Made by a program: the position numbers and the translations under genes | The notes under the pieces: model-generated | What the model was told of the DNA's origin: nothing | Databases searched by the model: none | What the model saw: only the letters and a program-made list of their open reading frames with translations | Shown here: in pieces, positions 40,201 through 46,876 of the stretch | How the letters are laid out: each line of letters starts with the position of its first letter | Position numbering within the stretch: position 1 is the first letter of the stretch | From: Marine group II euryarchaeote REDSEA-S11_B3N4 | Lineage (GTDB): Archaea > Thermoplasmatota > Poseidoniia > Poseidoniales > Thalassarchaeaceae | Direction: 5' to 3' | NCBI GenBank assembly: GCA_001628485.1 | Contig: LURR01000006.1 | Span: 26,879 to 90,878 of the forward strand | Length of the DNA: 64,000 nucleotides

Positions 40201-42149
40201 AGGGTTGCGAACCCATAGACGCAGGGATGCTGTCCACATCCGGAGCATGGGACCCCTGTGTGACCATCCTCAACAGTGATCACTTCAGGAAGGTACTGCA
40301 GTTCCAAGTAGATGGGTTCAGCCTCATCGGGAACACGGATCTGCAAGTTGACCAGCAGATAGTCTACACCTCTGAGATAGACCTGGATACGGGAGAGATA
40401 CTTGAGAAGCCAATGATAGTGACCGGACAGTTAACCGATGAGCTCGGAGGAAACCTGTCAAACAGACAAATCCGAGTCACATTCGAGATGGGATCTATGG
40501 TATTCGACCCTGTCGAGAATCGGATGAAATTCCGTGCAGGAGATGACGGCATAGAGGCCTGTATCCCGGGTGCGACCGATGAAAACGGATTCTTCGACAT
40601 CAACTGCCCTATGACCGGCGTCGACGCAGGAATGGCCAAGGTGAAGATAGAGTACAATGCCTGGGACCCGCTAAACAATGACAGATACAGATACAAGAAC
40701 AAGACACAAGCAATGTTCTTCCCCGTCTTCTCCAACTCTACGATCGACGTATCGGAAGTAGGTCCGTTCAGGTCAGATTACCTGACATACACCTTCCCGA
40801 ACGGCTCAACCTTCGAAGTTCTGTACCTGAAGGAGGCATTCCACATCAATGCCAAGCTCTCCCAGTCAAACGGAAAGCCAGTCGGTGGGAAGTGCGTCAA
40901 CATTTACCTAGATCCAGAAGTAAACACCAGGCCAATAGCCACAGCATTCACGGCTGGTGGAACCGGTGAGTTCGTTTGGTACTCGGCAGATCCAGATGAC
41001 AACCCTAGTAGGAGGGGAGTTGAGCCTAGCGGAAACAACCTCGAAGGGTTCCGTACTGTCAGAGTTGCTTACGAGCCAGAACGGTACGTACCAGGGGGCT
41101 GCGACTACGAAGTACTGGAACCAAACCCAGTTCTGAATAGCTCCGTAGTAGACGTCGAAGTCCTAGTGAGAAGCAAGGTTGACATTCTGCTGAAGCAGCA
41201 CTGGTCAAGCCCAGCTGGATACCAAGAGGGAGATATTATCGCTGGGGAGGTTGCAATCCTCAGAGACAGGCTGGATCTCACCGTTGAGGGACAGAGAGTA
41301 GAATTCCACCGACAGTTCTGGAATGAATCCGGTGAGTGGCAGACAGAGCGCGTGGAGATACTTATCACCAATGAGAGGGGCTCTGCGAACTTCTCCTTCC
41401 CATACACCGGTGAAACCATTCCCGGACACCCGGAGTGGAGCGCCCCAGGGGGCAAATGGAGGGTCCTGGTTCACTTCGAATCAGTAGACGCGAACAAACC
41501 CTACTTCGTAGAGAAGTGGCTCAATAGCACCCCGGAGATAAAACTTGGAGAGGGCACCTCTTCGACTTCGGGCGGCCTCTGGACTACCCAGGTACTAATC
41601 CTCGCCGGAATATCACTCTCAACAGTGGCGCTGGTGGGTGCGATGATGTACAACAACTACAGGGAGAGACGAAAGGTCGAGGTCCTCCGAGGCATACTGA
41701 CCGACGCGCTAATGTCCCTCAAAGCCTCGAACAATTACATCGAGGCAATCTTCTCCTGCTACAAGGACCTCATCAAGTACTTCAGGATGAGAGGCGCCAT
41801 GAAGAAGGTCTTCGAGACCACCAGAGAGTTCGAAGACGTCATCAACAAAATGCTCGGAGGAATAGTACCCCCAGAGGAGATCGACTCCTTCTTCTCGATA
41901 TTCGAGGAGGCTCGCTATTCTGATCACGAAATAGGATCGGAGGAGAGAGACAGGGCGATACAGATATTCCAGTCGATGATTGGTAGGATGAACAGATCTC
42001 TCGGAGATAGCTTGCTTACAAGGGAAGCAGTCGGCGAGTCCTCGTTGTACGGTCCCTCAGTGAAGGCAGGGCAGTTCGTCGATGCAGATGGAAACATTAG
42101 GTTCGCCGGAGTAGATGATGCAGAGGAAAACGACGGCTTCAAAATCTGA
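34239..42149 (+). CDS. Giant (2,636 aa) acidic membrane-anchored surface protein: N-terminal signal/anchor, about 1,100 aa of thrombospondin-type-3-like Ca-binding repeats, a beta-rich region, a single C-terminal TM helix and a cytoplasmic DUF4129-like tail
   Basis: N-terminus 'KKIIPAFSMIAIMLLSPQISLLL'. Dozens of 'D-x-D-[ND]-DG-[IV]-x-D' loops, for example 'DDDNDGINDL' and 'PWDHDNDGIRDD'. TM 'VLILAGISLSTVALVGAMMY'. The tail is '...TTREFEDVINKML...FFSIFEEARYSDHEIGSEERDRAI'. Confidence 0.85.
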   Translation: MNVQLKRKTQKKIIPAFSMIAIMLLSPQISLLLNTDDSPEQDSRVEPPKRTAYQQLEQFGGSVQDGNQNPPSMMSQFQTAAYQDPFYNDPAALYGKVSDPSALALDPMYGFFLEETNTDDHDNDGIDDLNDLDDDNDGINDLIERFDGCFGTDPLDHDNDGVRDEFDWDDDNDGILEGPIDYSQGNDPWNVTSDRHVEPTTIHPWTGQAVGFNYLVDQNPMDHDNDGITDEDIDGSGRGSYDEDDDNDGRIDQFVWPCDFDSDGMQDYFDDDDDNDGVADISDIHPWDPLQNSSIETAPGILWDSWVRWDPEDYGEYVDGLDYVALHALEHPREQAFTEIVDGDLDGDGIPNFLDPDNDNDGAPDSSDTDDDNDGLADMYDVDDDNDGIPDSCRQLDTNGDGQGDYPSQAFNGAVVAIQVPGTDCEIDYDGDLDDDRFRAIDADYDMVWDWIDPDMGGTTNPDNLQGGSQPWDLDDDGIPNEEDPYPMNSTAEVATWDCASVANPNPQDPSDNCVLWRTSYTGFNDWDGDGLNNWVDMDDDNDGILDWLDIDPDCDLDNDADLHELNGSMFRDDGANDIDTDVDGDGLQNDEDWDDDNDGINDFFDPDDGNCGVVDIDNTDNFWGNSWPQGDGDAIDGSEDGDAYVAVPNYYWNLTWGFNPFNTNNSFMLDYNGYDPNNFDNPSGIIPEMYWTLMMKWSPYNGDNFFDIDSDGDSLVNGIDVDQDGDGMPDWWDQDEGNDGVLDVDDVKMGGTLDGNSCGTVILSATTERFCGHIYAFLYKAPLLTPTQSGGQSFTVPYSSRPDSEWDDGAYDGTNHPTGMGSCDSNCFWFTFDPTSNPTPSVAYTYNDIKNNRDLWIAYLGVTVFGFFQWTSDANNNFFPDEIADDLDDDVDPDVDCGQPMPEVSWTPSCMYNNTNDLDDDWDIVYDHFDVDDDNDGIWDYFEIDSNDDLDDDSGIEEPYYFTGSNCEDNDDDGLDTDPDDDGIYQAVWDRGVLGQALLFPEYYDVDNDNDGVPDGEDPDDDNNGLLDEAQEAFEGCFTGEEQSPWDHDNDGIVNWADDDWDGDGIPNSLELQNLNDTNGTADPIDDTCCLNFPIAPWDHDNDGIRDDIDEDDDYDGMKDEDEVMLWPSRYGTESTNPWDHDDFGGGVGLANPNNNSTGPDYFDVDDDNDGRADLDWNSPSSGDWATPSNKIEESSGWSSDWDSDNDGILDDDDKIPTRITLTAPSVLWLDENRPAIFNGSVFWLDDTGFVPAPDLPVQVHIRYSANGTSVIETIDVLTDDNGEYIVGQFLFPEDIDVGPNSTYEVYSEVTEMFVHDYSSTLSDTDGDGIGDSGMPVEVRANTTIGFVSGERFRSDEQPLKLDFKVHYSADYNRGIFDNRLPYAPVSFTISDPGPQFGNITHPTVYDGYGNGYRADAGGWVSLAYNQSLDVWEQVQWNSLLDNGPGVPTGGYEEIVWNPCGPLNPVGSHSVIAPYEYKNTSLPVGDYTFIGFSRPDLGGCTDDSYEWPWSHLEGSETDAFYIRSMHRMFIEAEMSAASFRPVYFWDSTQFTGSSFGAWRALFHAPSLANANMTYQEASLGKPYPLLWDGTPTGLSGIAAGALVPFLSSDGINWTITMQNAADFDSPPCGPVDPLDPSSQIRCEIVPEIFAGESVRVRGHVWNKTMVPVTDFDGDGTKDPIAVQIDLDYNGIFAGSIETRVNQRLDIDTEGLATFDHDIIWDPYWPASTYGFRADFGQADYFFTGEQAGVLAATGAYGNVSVIGSTDFLLTSLTRLYRGQNATVEARLIDNAGLPVREAPVNWSWAEDQSSGVVFTDNNGIFRVNLTDIDTLGNFSLSFTYLGDKFRLGSTDSVDMWVVSRTFINVQSTSPNIRSNGDLWEFTAVVTDDNRTPFDKDGGQVLNSCEGEMQDPEGYDLGGNVTVIFEGIDFEDRTHRQIVSVECPASGSIGYGQYLDPQLLKDDPFSFLPDGFGPVNVILRFEENLPHEGCEPIDAGMLSTSGAWDPCVTILNSDHFRKVLQFQVDGFSLIGNTDLQVDQQIVYTSEIDLDTGEILEKPMIVTGQLTDELGGNLSNRQIRVTFEMGSMVFDPVENRMKFRAGDDGIEACIPGATDENGFFDINCPMTGVDAGMAKVKIEYNAWDPLNNDRYRYKNKTQAMFFPVFSNSTIDVSEVGPFRSDYLTYTFPNGSTFEVLYLKEAFHINAKLSQSNGKPVGGKCVNIYLDPEVNTRPIATAFTAGGTGEFVWYSADPDDNPSRRGVEPSGNNLEGFRTVRVAYEPERYVPGGCDYEVLEPNPVLNSSVVDVEVLVRSKVDILLKQHWSSPAGYQEGDIIAGEVAILRDRLDLTVEGQRVEFHRQFWNESGEWQTERVEILITNERGSANFSFPYTGETIPGHPEWSAPGGKWRVLVHFESVDANKPYFVEKWLNSTPEIKLGEGTSSTSGGLWTTQVLILAGISLSTVALVGAMMYNNYRERRKVEVLRGILTDALMSLKASNNYIEAIFSCYKDLIKYFRMRGAMKKVFETTREFEDVINKMLGGIVPPEEIDSFFSIFEEARYSDHEIGSEERDRAIQIFQSMIGRMNRSLGDSLLTREAVGESSLYGPSVKAGQFVDADGNIRFAGVDDAEENDGFKI
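34590..37890 (+). repeat. In-frame array of short degenerate acidic repeats (coding for DxDxDG calcium-binding loops)
   Basis: Recurrent nucleotide words such as gatgacgacaa[ct]ga[ct]gg encode DDDNDG. The spacing is irregular (about 10-40 codons), so this is not a perfect tandem repeat. Confidence 0.8.
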
Positions 42150-42249
42150 GACACTGAGTAAATCCACTGTCCTGACGCCCCTATGGGGCGCCCGCAGGAT
42201 TCATAACACCGACTTTGGTGGCCGCGCTACCTGATTAGGGGGGGATACT

Positions 42250-42615
42250 ATGAGTAAGCAAGAGAGGAAGACCAACTCAGCGCTAGTTTCGCTCATAGGG
42301 GACCTGAAGGACCACAGCAGAACAACGGGCTCTCCAATATGGAGGGACACTGCCTCTAGGTTAGAGACCAGTAGGAAAAACTGGGCAGAGCCCAATCTTA
42401 GCCATATCTCCAGGCACTCTGCAAAGAAGGAGACAGTACTGGTGCCCGGCAAGGTACTTGGCAGCGGAAGCCTCAGCGGAGGGCAGACGATCGCCGCCTT
42501 CAGCTTCAGCGATGGAGCCAAGAGCAAGATAGAGGCCTCCGGGGGGAGGACTCTTAGCATTCGCGAACTCATGGACGAGAATCCCAACGGCAAGGGGGTG
42601 AGGATCCTTGTCTGA
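42250..42615 (+). CDS. rpl18e: 50S ribosomal protein L18e
   Basis: 'SPIWRDTASRLETSRKNWAEPNLSHISRH', 'VLVPGKVLGSGSL', 'IAAFSFSDGAKSKIEASGG' and '[11 protein letters not shown]'. A G-rich SD lies before the ATG. Confidence 0.9.
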   Translation: MSKQERKTNSALVSLIGDLKDHSRTTGSPIWRDTASRLETSRKNWAEPNLSHISRHSAKKETVLVPGKVLGSGSLSGGQTIAAFSFSDGAKSKIEASGGRTLSIRELMDENPNGKGVRILV

Positions 42616-43090
42616 GAAAACTATGGTATACGACGCCACGGACAAGATACTTGGCAGGCTAGCCAGTCAAGTTGCTAAAGAGATGATTTCTGCCAGGAAG
42701 TCAGGCAGGCAGCAGAGGGTCATCATAATCAACGCAGAGGACGCCATCGTCTCGGGACCCAGGACCAAGGTGCTAAGCGACTACAGGGCAAAATACAATC
42801 TCAACCACGCCAGAAAAGGGCCATTCTTCCCAAGGATGCCTGACAAGATAATCAAGAGAACAGTCAGGGGAATGCTCCCGTATCAGAAGAACAGCAGCGG
42901 AAGGGGGGCCCTGAGGGACCTCAGAGTCATGATAGGGACCCCGCAAAACCTCTCTCTGGAAGAACTCCCAGATGGACACGAGTGGGGGCCGACAGAGAAC
43001 ATTGTTCGCGATACCCCCAATAAGTACGTCAGACTGGGCGAGATCAGCTCCCACCTTGGAGTGGATGCAAATAGATGGGCAGGTGAGTGA
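42608..43090 (+). CDS. rpl13: 50S ribosomal protein L13
   Basis: '[20 protein letters not shown]', '[14 protein letters not shown]' and '[19 protein letters not shown]'. It overlaps the L18e stop by 8 nt. Confidence 0.9.
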   Translation: MSEKTMVYDATDKILGRLASQVAKEMISARKSGRQQRVIIINAEDAIVSGPRTKVLSDYRAKYNLNHARKGPFFPRMPDKIIKRTVRGMLPYQKNSSGRGALRDLRVMIGTPQNLSLEELPDGHEWGPTENIVRDTPNKYVRLGEISSHLGVDANRWAGE

Positions 43091-43529
43091 ATTGGCAAGG
43101 AAGAAGCGCACCAAGGTGGTCAACACTAGTGGAAAGAGAAAGACCGCGATAGCCAGAGCCACACTAAAACCCGGCAAGGGGAGGGTCAGGATCAACGGAC
43201 ACCCAATCCACATCCTCGAGCCCGAACTCGCTCGGAGGAAGGCACTAGAACCAATCAGAATCGCCGAGGCAATGAACAGAATAGACAGAGTAGACATCTC
43301 CGTCGATGTGAAGGGCGGAGGACAGATGGGGCAAGTCGACGCCATCAGGACCGCCATAGCCCGCGGCCTGGTGAAGTACAACGATGGAGCCGAGGGCGAT
43401 GACGAGGAGCTGAGGGACGAGTTCGTACGATTCGAGAGGAAGATTCTGGTGAACGACCCCAGGAGAAAGGAACCCAAGCATCAAATGGGTAGAGGCGCTC
43501 GTAAGAAGTGGCAGAAGTCGTACAGGTAG
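43065..43529 (+). CDS. rps9: 30S ribosomal protein S9
   Basis: '[26 protein letters not shown]', '[19 protein letters not shown]', '[24 protein letters not shown]'. Start is at ATG 43065 or GTG 43083, which overlaps the L13 stop. Confidence 0.9.
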   Translation: MQIDGQVSELARKKRTKVVNTSGKRKTAIARATLKPGKGRVRINGHPIHILEPELARRKALEPIRIAEAMNRIDRVDISVDVKGGGQMGQVDAIRTAIARGLVKYNDGAEGDDEELRDEFVRFERKILVNDPRRKEPKHQMGRGARKKWQKSYR

Positions 43530-43537
43530 GTGGAAAG

Positions 43538-43744
43538 ATGCTGATACCGGTCAGATGTTGGAGTTGCGGGAAGGTCATAGCCCACAAGTACGAGGAGTAT
43601 CGGAATGCTCTCGCGGAGGGCAAGGATGCCGGAGAAGTCCTCGATGACCTTGGTTTCAACTTGTACTGCTGCAGAAGAATGTTCGTGGGGCACATCGACC
43701 TTATCGACGAGGTCGCCCCCTTCAGCATCGACAGACAGCAGTAA
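43538..43744 (+). CDS. rpoN: DNA-directed RNA polymerase subunit N (Rpo10/RpoN)
   Basis: 'MLIPVRCWSCGKVIAHKYEEY...LYCCRRMFVGHIDLI' has the canonical CxxC...CC zinc bundle. An SD-like 'GGTGGA' precedes the ATG. Confidence 0.9.
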   Translation: MLIPVRCWSCGKVIAHKYEEYRNALAEGKDAGEVLDDLGFNLYCCRRMFVGHIDLIDEVAPFSIDRQQ

Positions 43745-43794
43745 GCCCTCCGTCAGGGCTTTGACTGAACGCTCACTCGCAGGGAGCCCAATTG

Positions 43795-43872
43795 GGGCCT
43801 GTAGGTTAGTTTGGCCTATACTTCGCGGCTGGGGGTCGCGCGACCCAGGTTCAAATCCTGGCAGGCCCACCA
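43795..43872 (+). tRNA. tRNA-Pro (anticodon GGG), CCA encoded
   Basis: Acceptor GGGCCTG/CAGGCCC, anticodon stem CGCGG/TCGCG with loop CTGGGGG, T-arm CCAGG-TTCAAAT-CCTGG, discriminator A, then CCA. Confidence 0.8.
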
Positions 43873-43929
43873 TCGGGAGAGTACTGCGAAAATGGTCAGT
43901 TTGAAGGCCATCCCCCTCTTTGCATCGTC

Positions 43930-46041
43930 ATGGGTTCTACGCATTCGGACGAGGGAACCTCCGAGGCCCGGGTTGACTGGCTAGCAGAGCAGTTAGAGAG
44001 GCACTCAGACCTCTACTACAACAAAGCGGAACCTGAGATATCAGATGCAGATTTCGATGCATTGAGAGACGAGCTGCAGCTCCTGTCCCCCAATCACCCC
44101 CAACTGAGCAGGGTGGGCTCAGATCCACCTCCAGGCTCTGAAAAGGTCGACCACCTATTCAGGATGATGAGCCTGGACAAGGCCAATTCGGACGAAGAGG
44201 TATCTCACTTCGTTTCCGAGACCACCGCCAATGGCCGGCGGTTCGTTTGCCAACCGAAGCTCGATGGCTCAGCCCTCTCATTGGAATATCGTCGAGGCCG
44301 ACTAATCAGAGCCGCCACCAGGGGCAATGGCAGGAGGGGCGAGGACGTGACGGCGAACGCGAGAAGGATGATGAACGTCCCGGAGAAACTCGGATGGGAC
44401 GGAGACTGTCACGTGAGGGGGGAGGTCGTAATGCCTCTGCAAGTATTCAGAGAGAAGTACTCAGAGGTTGCGCCCAATCCAAGGAATCTAGCCGCAGGAG
44501 CACTTAGGCAGAAGTATGCCGATGCAGGCAAGGGAAGCCCGAGAGACTTGCAGTTCCTTGCCTACGGTGTCGAGTTCCCAAGCGATAAGGACCGCCACCC
44601 AGACAGTCCTGAGCCCCCAGAATTCAAGCTCGACTCGGAGATAATCTCCTGGATAGGCGAGATGGGGATTCAGGTGGCAGGAAACCACGTGGTTTCAGGT
44701 GACGACGACACCACCACCACAGAATCCATACTGGCAGTGACGAGGGAGTGGCTCGAGTCGAGAGACTCTGCAGACTGGGAAATAGATGGAGTCGTGATCA
44801 AACTAGACCGGCTGGATAAGCGCGGCCTCCTGGGCGAGACCGCACATCACCCTCGGTGGGCACTGGCATGGAAATTCCCTGCCGAGGAGGCGGTAACGGT
44901 GCTGATGGACGTCTTCTGGCAGACCGGGAGGACGGGCAACGTCACCCCGGTTTCGCGTGTAGCACCAGTGGTAGTTTCAGGGGTTACCGTTGAGAATACG
45001 ACACTCCACAACAAGGGCGAGGTTGAGCGACTCGGGATAATGATCGGAGACAAGGTGAGAGTAGTCAGAAGAGGGGACGTAATACCAAAAATCACTGAGG
45101 TAATTGGACCGGCCCATGATAGCGACCTCATTGGCAGGTCCCATTCAGATGGGACCCCTTTCTCAGAACCACTACCTTCCAGGCGCGAGATACCAGTTCC
45201 CGAGGGATGCCCAAGGTGTTCCACTGACCTAATTATCGATGGGGCATTCATCAGATGTACCAACATAGACTGCCCATCAAGACTGGAGAGAGCAATACTG
45301 TACTGGTGCAGGAAGCTGGGTATGGATGGGATAGGCGAGAAGCTCGCAGAGCAGCTTTGCTCATCGGGGCTGGTCACGAGTTTGGGGGACCTATATCGGT
45401 TGGAGGACAGGGAGCAGGAGCTAATCTCACTAGAGAGAATGGCCGAGAAGTCAGCCAGCAACGTCCTAGAGGAATTGAACTCCACCAGGGCCATGACCTT
45501 CAGCACCTTCATCTCAGCACTTGGACTGCCTAGGATCGGTCCCGAGATAGCAACTCTCGTCTGTGCGGAGGTGAAGACTCTCGAAGAGCTGATACAAATG
45601 ACCGAAGAAAGGCAGACGGCCATCCAGAGACTTGTTTCCATAGACAGGGTAGGAGAGACCGTGGCCAACCTTCTGCTGGACGGTATATCCGATAGGAAGG
45701 AGTCGATTATCGACCTCTATGGGCAGGTGGAAATCGTCGAAGGAGAGCAGGTATCCGTCGATGGCCCCCTTTCCGGCTCTTCCTTCTGCATTACAGGCAC
45801 TCTGAGCAGACCAAGGAAGGAGATCGCTCTTTCGATAAAGTCAGAGGGAGGCAAAGTCGTCTCGTCCGTCTCGGGGAACCTGAACTTCCTAGTCGCAGGA
45901 GAGTCATCTGGATCAAAGTTCGACAAGGCCAACAGGCTTGGCGTCCGGATCATATCGGAATCAGAGTTGGACGAGATGCTAGGGGGGTCAATACTAGAGG
46001 AGCTGCCCGAAGAGAGGCAGTCTACGCTCGGCGAGTTCTGA
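43930..46041 (+). CDS. ligA: NAD+-dependent DNA ligase (LigA type)
   Basis: Adenylation motif 'CQPKLDGSALSLEYRRGRLIRAATRGNGRRGEDVT', OB fold, zinc finger 'CPRCSTDLIIDGAFIRCTNIDCPSR', HhH repeats, and a BRCT-like 'FCITGTLSRPRKEI...GGKV..SVSGNLNFLVAGE'. Confidence 0.9.
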   Translation: MGSTHSDEGTSEARVDWLAEQLERHSDLYYNKAEPEISDADFDALRDELQLLSPNHPQLSRVGSDPPPGSEKVDHLFRMMSLDKANSDEEVSHFVSETTANGRRFVCQPKLDGSALSLEYRRGRLIRAATRGNGRRGEDVTANARRMMNVPEKLGWDGDCHVRGEVVMPLQVFREKYSEVAPNPRNLAAGALRQKYADAGKGSPRDLQFLAYGVEFPSDKDRHPDSPEPPEFKLDSEIISWIGEMGIQVAGNHVVSGDDDTTTTESILAVTREWLESRDSADWEIDGVVIKLDRLDKRGLLGETAHHPRWALAWKFPAEEAVTVLMDVFWQTGRTGNVTPVSRVAPVVVSGVTVENTTLHNKGEVERLGIMIGDKVRVVRRGDVIPKITEVIGPAHDSDLIGRSHSDGTPFSEPLPSRREIPVPEGCPRCSTDLIIDGAFIRCTNIDCPSRLERAILYWCRKLGMDGIGEKLAEQLCSSGLVTSLGDLYRLEDREQELISLERMAEKSASNVLEELNSTRAMTFSTFISALGLPRIGPEIATLVCAEVKTLEELIQMTEERQTAIQRLVSIDRVGETVANLLLDGISDRKESIIDLYGQVEIVEGEQVSVDGPLSGSSFCITGTLSRPRKEIALSIKSEGGKVVSSVSGNLNFLVAGESSGSKFDKANRLGVRIISESELDEMLGGSILEELPEERQSTLGEF

Positions 46042-46860
46042 TCATCCGTACATCCCACTAGAAGCACCGCTACTCTCCTGAGGGGGATTCAGGTGCACAG
46101 CCATCATCTCACGTATCTGCCCCTCTATTCTCTGAGCCTCCTCCATGAGGGGTTCCGGATCCAGATGGACTGCAGGCAGAAGTCCGTCTAAGCATGCGAT
46201 TATCCCCGCTGCTGCACGGGCATCGGGAATCGTCCCCTGGCCTATCTCTCCATCCGACTCTGCAAGTATCGCCAGCGCGTCAATCCCTCTTCTCCTACAC
46301 TCTCCCATCATCACTCCAGTCATGCCCCCAACTACTCCTTGTTTCAGAAGAGGGACACCGATTCCCTTGAGCAAGTCGTGGGTAGAGTCCGTGGATCCTA
46401 GCCCCAGAATCGAATCCGTCCCCGGATCTTCGTCGAAAATGCTGTGCAGACTCTCTATTCCGTGTGCGAATGAATCGACCATTATCGTAGAACTCACTCC
46501 CGAGTCCTCTATCCAGTCGATTATTCCAGATGATAATGGAAGATTGAGCTCAGATGGGATATGTATCTCCGATGCGATAAGTACCACCTTGTCGCACTTC
46601 TCCATGTTGCATATCGGCTCTCCAGCATAGAATCTCAGAGGAGGCAGGGGCTTGCCATCTTGGACCAAGCACATCGGGGGGAGGTTTGGATGCCTGACGC
46701 CCCCGACGAGCTCCAAATCCAGCTTTTCCACCATGAAGTGTGCAACTATGCTACTAACGAATCCGACTGACGGGAAACAACTAACCAGAAGAGCGCCAGA
46801 AGCGTTCACGTCATCGCCAACCTCGACCAGAGGGGCCCCTTGCATGAACCCAGAAACCAC
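46042..46860 (-). CDS. PAC2-family proteasome assembly chaperone (PbaA/PbaB-like) with a C-terminal HbYX motif
   Basis: 'ALLVSCFPSVGFVSSIVAHFMVEKLDLELVG', 'IPDARAAAGIIACLDGLL'. The C-terminus '...SGMYG' is hydrophobic-Tyr-X. Confidence 0.75.
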   Translation of the reverse strand: MVSGFMQGAPLVEVGDDVNASGALLVSCFPSVGFVSSIVAHFMVEKLDLELVGGVRHPNLPPMCLVQDGKPLPPLRFYAGEPICNMEKCDKVVLIASEIHIPSELNLPLSSGIIDWIEDSGVSSTIMVDSFAHGIESLHSIFDEDPGTDSILGLGSTDSTHDLLKGIGVPLLKQGVVGGMTGVMMGECRRRGIDALAILAESDGEIGQGTIPDARAAAGIIACLDGLLPAVHLDPEPLMEEAQRIEGQIREMMAVHLNPPQESSGASSGMYG

Positions 46861-46876
46861 TCAATGGTGTTAATCG

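Noticed and set aside
35248-41474. Numerous 60-160-aa minus-strand and off-frame ORFs within the giant gene.
   Set aside because: They are by-products of the Asp/Gly/Asn-rich repetitive coding sequence, giving Arg/Ser/Pro-rich antisense translations. None has an independent signal.
44847-45668. A 273-aa minus-strand ORF inside ligA. The same class includes 42773..43477 (-) inside rpl13/rps9, 46145..46630 (+) inside the PAC2 gene, 48111..48659 (+) inside the exonuclease gene and 52573..53043 (+).
   Set aside because: All are antisense shadows of ORFs with strong family motifs. They are Ser/Pro/Arg-rich, low-complexity translations without motifs.
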